Made by a program: the position numbers and the translations under genes
The notes under the pieces: model-generated
Databases searched by the model: none
Seen by the model: the letters and a program-made list of their open reading frames with translations, nothing else
What the model was told of the DNA's origin: nothing
NCBI GenBank assembly: GCA_965140445.1
Contig: OZ223236.1
Coordinates: forward strand, 960,001-1,024,000
Origin: Candidatus Ozemobacteraceae bacterium
GTDB lineage: Bacteria; Muiribacteriota; Ozemobacteria; Ozemobacterales; Ozemobacteraceae
Direction: 5' to 3'
Length of the DNA stretch: 64,000 nucleotides
Shown: piece by piece, positions 48,329 through 57,739 of the stretch
Layout: each line of letters opens with the position of its first letter
Numbering within the stretch: the stretch's first letter is position 1

Positions 48329-49090
48329 ATGAAAAACTATCGCTTAGGATTAATTGCAATCGGGATTTGTGCCGTTGGAGGCACTTTTCTTGTTTCTCAA
48401 AGTTTCGCGGGACAATCACAGAATCCAGTTTTAAAAGTTGTTAGACATGGTGATGCAAATAAAGTTTCATCCAGAACCAGATATAACACTTTAGCCAGAG
48501 TTTCTCCCAGCATAATGCCTGCGGATCATAAGATTAAGCTGGTGCCACCTCCTTCCGAGCTGCCAGATATTCGTAGCAGAAATATGGTTACTTCAATTAA
48601 TCCTGTTGCGGCGCCTCCTGTAAAAGCCGTAAAAGTCGTTTCTCCAACAACTGGAAAAAGGCAGAAAAATGTTTCCGAAGTTAGAGTTGTAGCTGCAATT
48701 AGCAAGCCCGCAAACCTTTATTCATATTCCAGACTATTGAATTATGCCCCTCATCCGCTTAGCGAAGATATATTGAAAAAAACTCCAGTGAGCCTTATGG
48801 GTAAAAATTACTGGTTTTCAGTTCGTTATGATGAAGACTGGAAAGTTATCAATGATGATGAAGCATATATTCGCGGAATTAGTTTTGAAATTGATGTTAT
48901 GGAAGGTAAAAACAAAGTAAGATCAATGAAAACTCCAAAAGTATCAATTGATCCGAAAAAAATCAGAAAAGGTCAGGTGCTTGGAATAGCTGAAGTAGCA
49001 CCATATAAGTTTACAATTAAGGTCGAAGAGTTTGAAAAGAAAAGAAAAGGAATATCAGAACTTGTTTTCAAACTTGATCTTGTGGGATAA
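48329..49090 (+). CDS. Secreted hypothetical protein (Pro-rich linker, beta-rich C-terminus)
   Basis: aggag RBS; signal peptide ending SFA. Confidence 0.7.
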   Translation: MKNYRLGLIAIGICAVGGTFLVSQSFAGQSQNPVLKVVRHGDANKVSSRTRYNTLARVSPSIMPADHKIKLVPPPSELPDIRSRNMVTSINPVAAPPVKAVKVVSPTTGKRQKNVSEVRVVAAISKPANLYSYSRLLNYAPHPLSEDILKKTPVSLMGKNYWFSVRYDEDWKVINDDEAYIRGISFEIDVMEGKNKVRSMKTPKVSIDPKKIRKGQVLGIAEVAPYKFTIKVEEFEKKRKGISELVFKLDLVG

Positions 49091-49136
49091 TTCCAAAACA
49101 CTAATTTGGAAATAGAATAAGGCAGGAGAATTTTAA

Positions 49137-49937
49137 GTGGACAATACCACCGTATTTGGCAGCATAGCTGGGATGATCCTCATCGTAGTGTCGATCAAGC
49201 TCAACGGAAATCTTAGCGTATTCATCAACATACCATCATTGTTGGTTGTTTTTGGCGGTGGGTTTTGTGCGATGTGCGTTGCTTTCAGCATGGATAAAGT
49301 TAGGGCCAGCATGGTTATGATTAGAGCATGCTATATGGCTCCTAAAGAATTTAACTACATGAAAGTTGTTAGTAATATTCTGATCACCGCTGAGGTCGCA
49401 CGAAAAGAAGGTATTCTTGCCCTGGATTCCAGATTGGCTGAGATTGATGAACCCTTCATGGCCAGAGCTTTGCAGATGGTCATCGATGGTGTTGATGTAA
49501 AAATTATTGAAGACGTCCTTGATACAGAATTGGATTCAAGGGCTAATCGACATACTGACGTAAAAGGCGCGGTTGATTTCTTTGGTTCGGTTGTTCCCGC
49601 CTTTGGTATGATTGGTACGATTATGGGGCTGGTTGGTCTGCTTGGAAACCTGGATGACCCATCTTCAATTGGTCCAAATATGGCGATCGCACTTGTAACA
49701 ACTTTCTACGGTGCGGTTGCTGCTAACTTGTTTCTCATTCCTTTTGGTAAGAAGGTTGAAGAAAGAAGTGCTGCCGAACAACTATATGGTGAGATTATTG
49801 CTCGCGGATGCCTTTTTATCGCTGCGGGAGTTCACCCTAGAATTATTCAGGAACGTTTACTTGCTTTCATGTCAGAAAAGGCGAGAGTTCAGTTTAACGA
49901 ACTACATCTATCAGAGGAGCTAGGACAGGGTGGCTAA
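49137..49937 (+). CDS. motA: Stator A subunit, MotA/PomA type
   Basis: ARKEGILAL, PAFGMIGT, DPSSIGPNMAIALVTTFYG. Confidence 0.92.
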   Translation: MDNTTVFGSIAGMILIVVSIKLNGNLSVFINIPSLLVVFGGGFCAMCVAFSMDKVRASMVMIRACYMAPKEFNYMKVVSNILITAEVARKEGILALDSRLAEIDEPFMARALQMVIDGVDVKIIEDVLDTELDSRANRHTDVKGAVDFFGSVVPAFGMIGTIMGLVGLLGNLDDPSSIGPNMAIALVTTFYGAVAANLFLIPFGKKVEERSAAEQLYGEIIARGCLFIAAGVHPRIIQERLLAFMSEKARVQFNELHLSEELGQGG

Positions 49938-50673
49938 GAAACCAAAGCCAGATGAAATAAGTGCGCCGCTTTGGTACGTTTCCTTTTCGGATCTTGTTAC
50001 CAACATGCTTTGCTTTTTCGTTATGCTGTTCGCTTTTTCTTCATTAGATTCTCCTAAAAAACGCCTGGAAAGCGAGTCTAGAGATGAGAAATACTGGGCT
50101 GCATTTAGCATTAATCAGGCTCAGGGTGCTTATCAGTGGCTGAATGATGGTGGAAAAGGAATTTTGCTTACCCCTGCGAACAGGAAAAGTGAAATGCCCA
50201 AGATCGTCAGAAAAGTTCGAAAATCACTGAACAAAGTTTCTATGGCCGATAGATTGCTGGTTTTATCTAACGACCAGATGGTAAAGATTACTATTCCCGC
50301 AAAAGTGTTATTTGAAAGTGGGAAGGCCAATATGAAGAAGGGGGCCGAAGAAGTTTTGAATGGCCTTCTTGATATCATTGCCAATCTGGACAATATGGTT
50401 CGTGTAGATGGTCACACCGATGATCTTCCTGCAAGGAACTCTCTGTATCCATCAAACTGGGAACTATCAACTGCGCGTGCTTGCGCTGTAGTAAGATATT
50501 ATGTTGACACCATGGGATTAGACCCTGAAAGATTTTCCGCTCAGGGTTATGCAGAAAACCAGCCAGCCTTCCCCAATGACAGCGAAGCTAATAGAGCTGC
50601 GAATAGGCGCGTTGACATTGTTATTCTTTCCAACAAGAAACCAAAGAAGAAGAAAGAATTTAAGTGGGAGTAA
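49930..50673 (+). CDS. motB: Stator B subunit, MotB/PomB type, with an OmpA-like peptidoglycan-binding domain
   Basis: WYVSFSDLVTNMLCFFVMLFAFS; GHTD, SNWELSTARA, NRRVDI. Confidence 0.92.
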   Translation: MAKKPKPDEISAPLWYVSFSDLVTNMLCFFVMLFAFSSLDSPKKRLESESRDEKYWAAFSINQAQGAYQWLNDGGKGILLTPANRKSEMPKIVRKVRKSLNKVSMADRLLVLSNDQMVKITIPAKVLFESGKANMKKGAEEVLNGLLDIIANLDNMVRVDGHTDDLPARNSLYPSNWELSTARACAVVRYYVDTMGLDPERFSAQGYAENQPAFPNDSEANRAANRRVDIVILSNKKPKKKKEFKWE

Positions 50674-50699
50674 GCTTTGTTTAAAGCTTTCTTAGGCAC

Positions 50700-51530
50700 T
50701 TACCTCTGGTAAATTAGCTTTCTGGACTCTGTAAGCAGTTGATCAACTTTTTCGAGTTGTACACTGGTAAAGCTGTCAGGGTTTGTTGATCGCAGTGGAC
50801 CAAGCATATTAATAACTTCTTTATAACGTTTCATGTGAAACGCAGCTTCAGATTTGCCAATTGTATATGATCTGAAATTAGGATCGGATTGTTGTAGCTG
50901 TGAATAAAATAGGTATGCTTTGATATACAAACCATCTTTGAGCGCTTTTTCTGCCATTTTTGAAATAGTTTCGCCATAGAGAATTCTATCTTGAGGCGGA
51001 TGTGGTGTGCTTAAGGCTGTTGGTGCTACTGTATAGGTCGGGCTCTTAGGCATTGGGGCAGAGGGAACCGGGGCCGGTGTTTTCATTGGCTCTGAGGTGT
51101 TTGTAAAGTTCGGCCCAAACCAACCTCGTTTGAATTCCTTGGCAGTTTTTACAGGAGTTTGACTGGAGGTTTTCATAGTAAAACCTTCTGAATAGCCCGT
51201 TCTGTGGTTTACTTCAGCAAGCAGCCTCTTATAGTGGCGTAGTAGGGGATGATTTGGCTGCTGTTGATCAACAATTTTAAAATAATTGGTGGCTGCAATA
51301 TAGTTTTTTTGCTCAAATTCTATTCGACCCATTAAAAGGCAAAGCTCCAAATTCTTAGGGAAGAATTCATCGTATTTTTCAAGTATTTGCCTGGCCTGGT
51401 CAAGTCTTCCGGTTTGGTAAAGTTGACTTGCGGTTCGCAACTCTGAATCCAGTTCAGCGGAAAGCACTGAAGCTGACAAACCAGCAAAAAATAGAGTGAG
51501 AATAAATTTTGAAGCTTTTTTTGGGGGCAT
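50700..51530 (-). CDS. Secreted TPR protein
   Basis: Signal peptide; TPR-like helices at both ends around a Pro-rich linker. Confidence 0.75.
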   Translation of the reverse strand: MPPKKASKFILTLFFAGLSASVLSAELDSELRTASQLYQTGRLDQARQILEKYDEFFPKNLELCLLMGRIEFEQKNYIAATNYFKIVDQQQPNHPLLRHYKRLLAEVNHRTGYSEGFTMKTSSQTPVKTAKEFKRGWFGPNFTNTSEPMKTPAPVPSAPMPKSPTYTVAPTALSTPHPPQDRILYGETISKMAEKALKDGLYIKAYLFYSQLQQSDPNFRSYTIGKSEAAFHMKRYKEVINMLGPLRSTNPDSFTSVQLEKVDQLLTESRKLIYQR

Positions 51531-51531
51531 T

Positions 51532-51852
51532 TTAATCTTGTGTTATGTCGTCAACTTTGTCCCAGTCTACCTCGTCTGCGGGAGCATTGTCTGTGCTATT
51601 TGATTCGTCATCATATTCGCTGGAATTTTCTGGCTGACCGCTAACATCTTCAGGTGTGATTTGCATTGGTTGACCGGCTCCTGGTCCAGAACCGTGCTCA
51701 ATATCCCATGAATCACCTTTAAGGTAGTCATCTGGAGGGGCGTAATCTTCCTGACTCGTTACGTGCACATAGGCTTGGTTCGCAACGGCAATGAAAATTG
51801 CAAGTAATAAAAAAACCAGACCCCATTTCCATGTTTCATTTCCAGGTTTCAT
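51532..51852 (-). CDS. Small bitopic protein with an acidic disordered tail
   Basis: gaggag RBS; single TM; Asp/Glu-rich C-terminus. Confidence 0.7.
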   Translation of the reverse strand: MKPGNETWKWGLVFLLLAIFIAVANQAYVHVTSQEDYAPPDDYLKGDSWDIEHGSGPGAGQPMQITPEDVSGQPENSSEYDDESNSTDNAPADEVDWDKVDDITQD

Positions 51853-51885
51853 TAATATTTCTCCTCAATCGCTTTGGCAATCTAC

Positions 51886-52515
51886 CTATTTCTTAAAAGA
51901 GGGTAGATTTAGTATGATCGTCCCCTGAACTAGTCCTGACTCTTTGACTATTAAATCCAAAGATCTGGTCGAATGCAGGGGAAGTTGTTTGCCTAGTTTG
52001 CTTAAATAACTTCCAAAGCCTTTAAAGCTTGACTTGAAAGTAAGTTTCACGGGAACTATTTCTACTCCGGGCCATTCAACTTCGTCGTCCGTAGACGCTC
52101 CAATTGGCATGCCCTGGTCATCTAGCTGGGAAAAATTTTCGGTAGGATTTATGGTAGTTGCTTCGACCATACTGTTTTCATCCTTGTTTTTCGCGAAGAA
52201 ACTTTTTAGGATTTCGAAAGTGTAGATCTTCATTCTTCTGCTTGATTGTTCAAAGACTGTAGCCAAAACCTTAGATTCATCACCAACTTTAAGAACCTTG
52301 TCAGATTTTGGTTTTTTGACGGAGGTGGGTTCTTTGGCTTTAAGTTTATTGTATTCAGCATCAAGATCAGATTTTGCCTTTTTTTGCGTTTCAAGGGAGA
52401 ACCTGGCTTCTTCAAGTTGTTTTTCAATTCCCGAAATCATCAATAATCTGCCGAGAAAGAAAATTAACGCCAATACTACTATGGTTGCCAGGGCTGATTG
52501 CATAACTTTATTCAT
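51886..52515 (-). CDS. PilO/GspM-like alignment subunit
   Basis: TM, coiled coil and ferredoxin-like 'IVPVKLTFKSSFKGFGSYLSKL'; follows PilMN. Confidence 0.7.
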   Translation of the reverse strand: MNKVMQSALATIVVLALIFFLGRLLMISGIEKQLEEARFSLETQKKAKSDLDAEYNKLKAKEPTSVKKPKSDKVLKVGDESKVLATVFEQSSRRMKIYTFEILKSFFAKNKDENSMVEATTINPTENFSQLDDQGMPIGASTDDEVEWPGVEIVPVKLTFKSSFKGFGSYLSKLGKQLPLHSTRSLDLIVKESGLVQGTIILNLPSFKK

Positions 52516-54200
52516 GGCAGTTCTCCTTTCAAAAGGAATTGAATTTTTCCATCTTTATTTTTTCTAGTAACGATAGTTTTATACCTTGCTACAAGTCTTT
52601 TTTTAGTTAGTTCGTGGGTAAACGAAGCCAGAGCTTCGGAAGAATCTGTTTTTCCAGAAACAATAAGAATCTGAGCTTTTAAAGAGTCTTCAAGCTGGTC
52701 ATCGCCTGATGAATTCATTCCACCAAGCTTGCTAAGAAAAGGAGACTCGTTTGAATCCTGGTTTGTTGAATCTCCTAACTGATCATTTAGTTCAGGTTCT
52801 TTTTCTATTTGAATTTCTTCAGCTTCCTGTGATGATCTAAGAAGAATATCGCTTATTGAGACTTCGTCCGGTTTACTTTTTGCTATATAGAACAGGATTT
52901 CTGAGGCGGATAAATCGCTTTTTAAAATCGGGGCAATAGCTTTTTTTTCTTGAGGTAAAAGTTTTAGGGATTTGTCTGAAGATTTTTTTAACTTTTTAAG
53001 TTTTATTTGAGAAGCTTCATAAAGAGTTGAAACGGTTGTGACCTCATCCTGAAGTCTTTGAAGTTCGCTTAATTTATGATTTTTTATAGAAATAAGGGAT
53101 GCAAGTGTAAGTAAAATACCGACAATTCCAATGTATATTGGAATTTGAGTTGAAAGCTTTTGAAGTTGCTTTTCCCGTTTTTTCTCTCTAAGTTGCCGCG
53201 CCATATTCATTGCATCAGCGTTTTGGTCTATTTCAGACATCACCGCGCCAACAGCGGGCAAAAATGCCAGAAGTCGCCTTTGTTTGTCTTCAGCGGGGGC
53301 GTTCTCACCAATTTCCGGGAGAATAGGACTTATGTCCACTCCGGCAGAAATATCCACAATATTTATTCGAGTAGGACTGAAATAGCTTCTGACGAAGGGC
53401 AGGAAGTCTTGTATAGAAGCGCCTCCTCCCATGAAAAACAGAGCGTCGATCTGGGATAGCTTGGTTACAGCCCTGAAATAATCAAAGCTGAATCTGATTT
53501 TCTGGGCATACATTTCAAGCTCGCTGGTCACAGGCGGTTCTGAAAATTCAGAGGTTCCAGAAGGGATAAATCTGTAAAAACGCAGCTCTCCAGCTGAAAA
53601 TATTTGTAAATGGGTTCCAGATTGTCCAAGATTTACTATGGAAAGTGCGGGCAAATTAGTTTGATCAATAATGTCTTTAAGCGATTGTCCGCAAAAGACT
53701 TCTGAGAAACTTCCGGTTAGTTCTATGCCCGCCAGTGAAAATAGTTCGGCAAATTTTTCGAAAATATGCTGAGGAATTACAGTAATTGCTACTTTTAAGG
53801 GAGAGTTGTTAACAATTTTGTAGGAAAAAGTAAACGGTTCCTCTTTGTAGTTTGGAGAAAGAAGTTTTTTGGCTTCCCAGGAAAGGATTTTTTCAATTTG
53901 TTCAATCAAAACCTGACTTGGAAGCTCAATTATTTTTGTTTGTAGCTCTCTGTGAGAAAAGACAGAACTTACTCCTCTGAGTTCCTTCATTGGTAAACGT
54001 GAAGCTAGAGACTTTAGAGTTTCGATTAAATAATGTCTATACTCGTCGTCACCGGGAAACTCTGTTATAGGCTTGAGTTCTTCCTTTTCTATGGTGACGA
54101 GTCGTTTCTCGCCTTTAATCAGTTCGACTATAACTGCTTTTATAGAGCTGGTTCCAACATCAAAAGCAGCATACAGTCCATCAGAGATGACTTTCTTCAT
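52512..54200 (-). CDS. PilM-PilN fusion (GspL-like architecture)
   Basis: Actin-like 'AFDVGTSSIKAV', 'VNLG', 'FMGGGA'; then TM, coiled coil and PilN-like 'ILIVSGKTDSSEALASFTHEL'. Confidence 0.8.
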   Translation of the reverse strand: MKKVISDGLYAAFDVGTSSIKAVIVELIKGEKRLVTIEKEELKPITEFPGDDEYRHYLIETLKSLASRLPMKELRGVSSVFSHRELQTKIIELPSQVLIEQIEKILSWEAKKLLSPNYKEEPFTFSYKIVNNSPLKVAITVIPQHIFEKFAELFSLAGIELTGSFSEVFCGQSLKDIIDQTNLPALSIVNLGQSGTHLQIFSAGELRFYRFIPSGTSEFSEPPVTSELEMYAQKIRFSFDYFRAVTKLSQIDALFFMGGGASIQDFLPFVRSYFSPTRINIVDISAGVDISPILPEIGENAPAEDKQRRLLAFLPAVGAVMSEIDQNADAMNMARQLREKKREKQLQKLSTQIPIYIGIVGILLTLASLISIKNHKLSELQRLQDEVTTVSTLYEASQIKLKKLKKSSDKSLKLLPQEKKAIAPILKSDLSASEILFYIAKSKPDEVSISDILLRSSQEAEEIQIEKEPELNDQLGDSTNQDSNESPFLSKLGGMNSSGDDQLEDSLKAQILIVSGKTDSSEALASFTHELTKKRLVARYKTIVTRKNKDGKIQFLLKGELP

Positions 54201-54607
54201 GAGGCCTCCAGAAATATTCCACTACCGGTTCTTCCCGGGGTGTTTTTTACGTGGTCACGCTTCAGTTTACGTGTTGATACAACTTTTTTGCCTTCGAGAA
54301 CTTTTGCATCAGACTCCAGACAAAAGCTATTTTCTTTTTTTGTGGCGGTTACAATTACTTCTACTATCCTGTTCTGAGATAAATTAGAGGTGTAATGTAG
54401 TTTGAAAGGGCTAAATGATTCAGCAAGTCTTCCGAGGCCTCTCTCCAAACCACCATCTGCGGCATGAAAGGCAACTGTTTCAAGAGCACTTGAACGGCCT
54501 AAATCCATAGAAATCTTTGAAATTTCATATGTGGAGGAAACCAGAATAAATAAAACTGTTGTCACCAGAAATGTCAGGAACAGGCTGAAGCCACGTTTTG
54601 TATTCAT
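54197..54607 (-). CDS. PilX/GspK-like minor pilin
   Basis: ggaggg RBS; KRG|FSLFLTFL; 'AFHAADGGLERG'. Confidence 0.75.
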   Translation of the reverse strand: MNTKRGFSLFLTFLVTTVLFILVSSTYEISKISMDLGRSSALETVAFHAADGGLERGLGRLAESFSPFKLHYTSNLSQNRIVEVIVTATKKENSFCLESDAKVLEGKKVVSTRKLKRDHVKNTPGRTGSGIFLEAS

Positions 54608-55026
54608 GAGTTTGCCCTCCTGCGAAAGCAAAATACTTTTGCCGGAATAATTTCCGAGTTCTCAGGCTTGTTATTACGATTTTTGTCCTCAAATGCCTGC
54701 ACTGAAATTATATAGGTGCTACTTGCGTACTTTGTGACTTTAAAATTTGATATTTTAAAATTTTCTGGAAAGCGAATTTGTTCTTTGAGTTTTTTTAAGG
54801 AGATTTCTGTTTGGTCAGAGGTGCAAATTCTATCTCTCAGCCAGAGTCGTATGTCGGTCATACATGACCGATTTTTCCAGCCGTCTGAAATAATTGCGTA
54901 GCGGATATGGCCCCATTGGAGAAGGTTTAATAAAGAAGTCATCGCTAAACCTGTAATAAGAATTACCACTGTTATTTCTATCAGTGAGAACCCTTTTCTG
55001 TAAGGCTTTGATGGGGTGGGGGACAT
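54604..55026 (-). CDS. Type IV minor pilin
   Basis: RKG|FSLIEITVVIL. Confidence 0.85.
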   Translation of the reverse strand: MSPTPSKPYRKGFSLIEITVVILITGLAMTSLLNLLQWGHIRYAIISDGWKNRSCMTDIRLWLRDRICTSDQTEISLKKLKEQIRFPENFKISNFKVTKYASSTYIISVQAFEDKNRNNKPENSEIIPAKVFCFRRRANS

Positions 55027-55445
55027 TAGATATTATTTCCTTCGGGGAGATATAGAAAGGATTCAAGAACCAATTTATTGTCTTTGTTTGTAACTTCTGC
55101 TTGAATTCGAACTGTATTAAACTGGTCCTTTTCTGTCCATTTCATTTTTACTTTCCATCCAGGTTTCAGTTTAAACCTGCTGTTCGCTGACCCTGCTTTT
55201 GGTGAATTCTTTTCAGATAAAAAATCTGTTTTTAATATTTCCAGCTCTCTTTCACCTAAATAAGCTGCTTCTGATTCAAATTTTGATTGAGTATCAAGTT
55301 TTTGAGAAATATCGAATCCAGAAAACATTGTTGTTAAAGCTCCAGAGAGAACCAAAAGTGAGATAAGTATTTCTGCCAGCGAAAAACCTCTTTTAAATGT
55401 TTTTTCTCTTTTTAAGTTACTGGTAAATAAAGAAATTAGTTTCAT
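55026..55445 (-). CDS. Type IV minor pilin (GspI/PilV-like)
   Basis: KRG|FSLAEILISLLVL; start MKLISL at 55445. Confidence 0.85.
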   Translation of the reverse strand: MKLISLFTSNLKREKTFKRGFSLAEILISLLVLSGALTTMFSGFDISQKLDTQSKFESEAAYLGERELEILKTDFLSEKNSPKAGSANSRFKLKPGWKVKMKWTEKDQFNTVRIQAEVTNKDNKLVLESFLYLPEGNNI

Positions 55446-55951
55446 AAAAGGTTTTTTTCCAGATTTATGCTGATAGTAGCAGGCTGTTGGCCGGGGAGCA
55501 TAATGGAAAGCCAAAGTTTGTTTATTGGCCTGTTTCTGAAATCTAATGTCTGAGAGGCAGTAAAAGTAATTCCATTTAATTGAGTGGAATGCTTGTCGGT
55601 TAATTCTGAAACTTTCAATTCCAACAAATTCGTTTGGTCTATCGAAAATGTTTTATTTTCAAATTTCAGTTTCACCGGCAATCTCCTTAGGGTTGCCCTT
55701 TGCTGACACGCAGAAAAGAATACCTGAACTTTATCATTAATGGTTCTTAGTCGTGAATCCTGAGTTACACCTGAATACAAAGAAACCCCAGCTGCACAAA
55801 GCACTCCAATAACCAGAATCACAATTAATACTTCAAGTATACTAAACCCTTTGGAAAGAGAAATTACGCGAAAATCATGTTTAAAGGATTTACATAGTAT
55901 TGAAATATTCTGGCTAGCGGATCTGGAAATGTTTCTCCCAGGTTCGCTCAT
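55442..55951 (-). CDS. Type IV minor pilin (FimT/GspH-like)
   Basis: SKG|FSILEVLIVILVIG. Confidence 0.85.
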   Translation of the reverse strand: MSEPGRNISRSASQNISILCKSFKHDFRVISLSKGFSILEVLIVILVIGVLCAAGVSLYSGVTQDSRLRTINDKVQVFFSACQQRATLRRLPVKLKFENKTFSIDQTNLLELKVSELTDKHSTQLNGITFTASQTLDFRNRPINKLWLSIMLPGQQPATISINLEKNLL

Positions 55952-55960
55952 TAAATATTT

Positions 55961-56476
55961 CTACCAGTAATGATGTGCGCTATCTTTGGAGCCATCAGGT
56001 CCCATTTGGCCATTCATACCAATCCACCTGGGCCCTAAGCGCAGGCCGCAAACAACTCCGCGCCCGCCAACTTTACCGTTTGCCCCAATAATCCAGAGGG
56101 CAGTATTGTCGGTATTATAAAATCTGTAACTTGAACCGGGCCATGTGTAACCCCATCTATTTGCTGCTTCAGGGCAGATAAAGAGTTTGGTGTCCTTGGC
56201 AATATCGTTCAATTGCAAGAGGGCATTGGAGTATTTCCATTTAAGGTTGCCTGATCTGTCAACCCAGGCCCATCTATTTTTGCCCAAATCTAATTCGTAG
56301 TTTTTTGCTTCCCATAAGGAAACAAGACTTTCTATGCCTTTCTGGTTAGAAAGACAAGACTTTGCACGGGCTATGGAGGCAATACTTTGATATCGGGGAA
56401 TCGCAATTGCAACCAGAATACCTATAACTAGAACAACAATTAATAGTTCTACGAGAGAAAAACCTTTATTTCGCAT
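55961..56476 (-). CDS. Type IV pilin / major pseudopilin-like protein
   Basis: ggagg RBS; NKG|FSLVELLIVVLVIGILVAIAIP; 'SCLSNQK', 'FICP'. Confidence 0.9.
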   Translation of the reverse strand: MRNKGFSLVELLIVVLVIGILVAIAIPRYQSIASIARAKSCLSNQKGIESLVSLWEAKNYELDLGKNRWAWVDRSGNLKWKYSNALLQLNDIAKDTKLFICPEAANRWGYTWPGSSYRFYNTDNTALWIIGANGKVGGRGVVCGLRLGPRWIGMNGQMGPDGSKDSAHHYW

Positions 56477-56524
56477 AGAGCCTCCACATGATTTTCGCTA
56501 CAGTTCATTTGTACATGATACAAT

Positions 56525-57739
56525 TTATCGCACAGTCTTTGCTATGTCAAACAATGGTAAATACATTGCGGTTGCAAGAGTTATTACTATGGCGCCAAGA
56601 AATACAATTAAAAACGGCTGTATCAGTGTCACAACCGTTTCCAGAGTAGTTTCAAGATCTCGCTCAAAGATAACGCCCGCTTTTTCCAGCATTTCTCCAG
56701 TGTTTCCACCTCTTTCACCAACATCAGTCATAAGAATAACGCTTTCAGGGAATAGTCGGCGATTTTTTATCAGAGATTTGGATAATGATTCTCCCCTTGA
56801 AACGCTTTCTCTAACGCTTTCAAGAGCTTTTTTATAAGAAACATTTCCCAAAGCTTTTTCAACGGCCATCAGTGATGTGAGAATTGGAACACCACATTTC
56901 AATAGGGTGCCAAGAATTCTCGCAAACAAGGAAAGTTCAAATTGTTGAACTAGTGGGCCAAGCAAGGGGAGATTCAACAGCGAATCTGATATAAAGCTTG
57001 CCCCTCTATTGGTTTTCTTTATGGCCATGAAAACCATATAAAAAGAAATTGATAATCCTATAAGAAGGAGTGAGTGACTGGATAAAAAATTTGAAATACC
57101 CATAACAAATTGTGTCGGAAGTGGCAGTTCCTGTCCTGAAGATTGATATCTTTCAATGAAACCTGGAAAGACATAAACAACGAATGCCCAGGAAACAGAG
57201 ACTATGAAAGATAGTAACAGGGCGGGGTAAATCATTGATTTAATAATCTTTGATTTCAGGCGGTACATGGTGTCATGTATGTTGGAATAGCGTTCAAGAA
57301 TCTCACCCAGGATTCCACCAACTTCGCCGACTTCAACCATTGTAATAAAAAGGTTTGAGAAGACGTCTTTATGATTTTTTAAAGCTTCTGAAAAGGATTT
57401 TCCTGATTCTATTTTTTCTTTCAGGTCTTTCAGTAGCGTTTTTAAAGTGCCGGTTGGCAATTGTTTTTGAAGGGCGTGCAGGCTCATTAATAAGGGGCAG
57501 CCAGCGTTAATAAGACTCGAAAGTTGAAGAAGAAAGAAATTCATTGCCTTGGCATTGATTTTTAAGTTCTTTTTGCTTTCTGATACTAAGGTGTGTATTG
57601 GAGCAGATTTTATTTCAAGAACAAAATATTGCCGATCTGCCAGCCAGGTTCCAACCTCTTCGGTAGATGTGGCCTCCATAAAGCCTTCTAGAGTTTTCCC
57701 TCTTACATCAAGAGCTTTGTAGGCGTATCTGCTACTCAT
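56525..57739 (-). CDS. pilC: Type IV pilus/T2SS inner-membrane platform protein PilC/GspF
   Basis: YAYKALD..GK, two T2SSF domains, MIYPA, MYLPLF. Confidence 0.93.
   Translation of the reverse strand: MSSRYAYKALDVRGKTLEGFMEATSTEEVGTWLADRQYFVLEIKSAPIHTLVSESKKNLKINAKAMNFFLLQLSSLINAGCPLLMSLHALQKQLPTGTLKTLLKDLKEKIESGKSFSEALKNHKDVFSNLFITMVEVGEVGGILGEILERYSNIHDTMYRLKSKIIKSMIYPALLLSFIVSVSWAFVVYVFPGFIERYQSSGQELPLPTQFVMGISNFLSSHSLLLIGLSISFYMVFMAIKKTNRGASFISDSLLNLPLLGPLVQQFELSLFARILGTLLKCGVPILTSLMAVEKALGNVSYKKALESVRESVSRGESLSKSLIKNRRLFPESVILMTDVGERGGNTGEMLEKAGVIFERDLETTLETVVTLIQPFLIVFLGAIVITLATAMYLPLFDIAKTVR

Noticed and set aside
49137..50673. Zorya (ZorAB) anti-phage system
   Set aside because: The A subunit is only 266 aa with no long tail, and no ZorC, ZorD or ZorE genes are adjacent.
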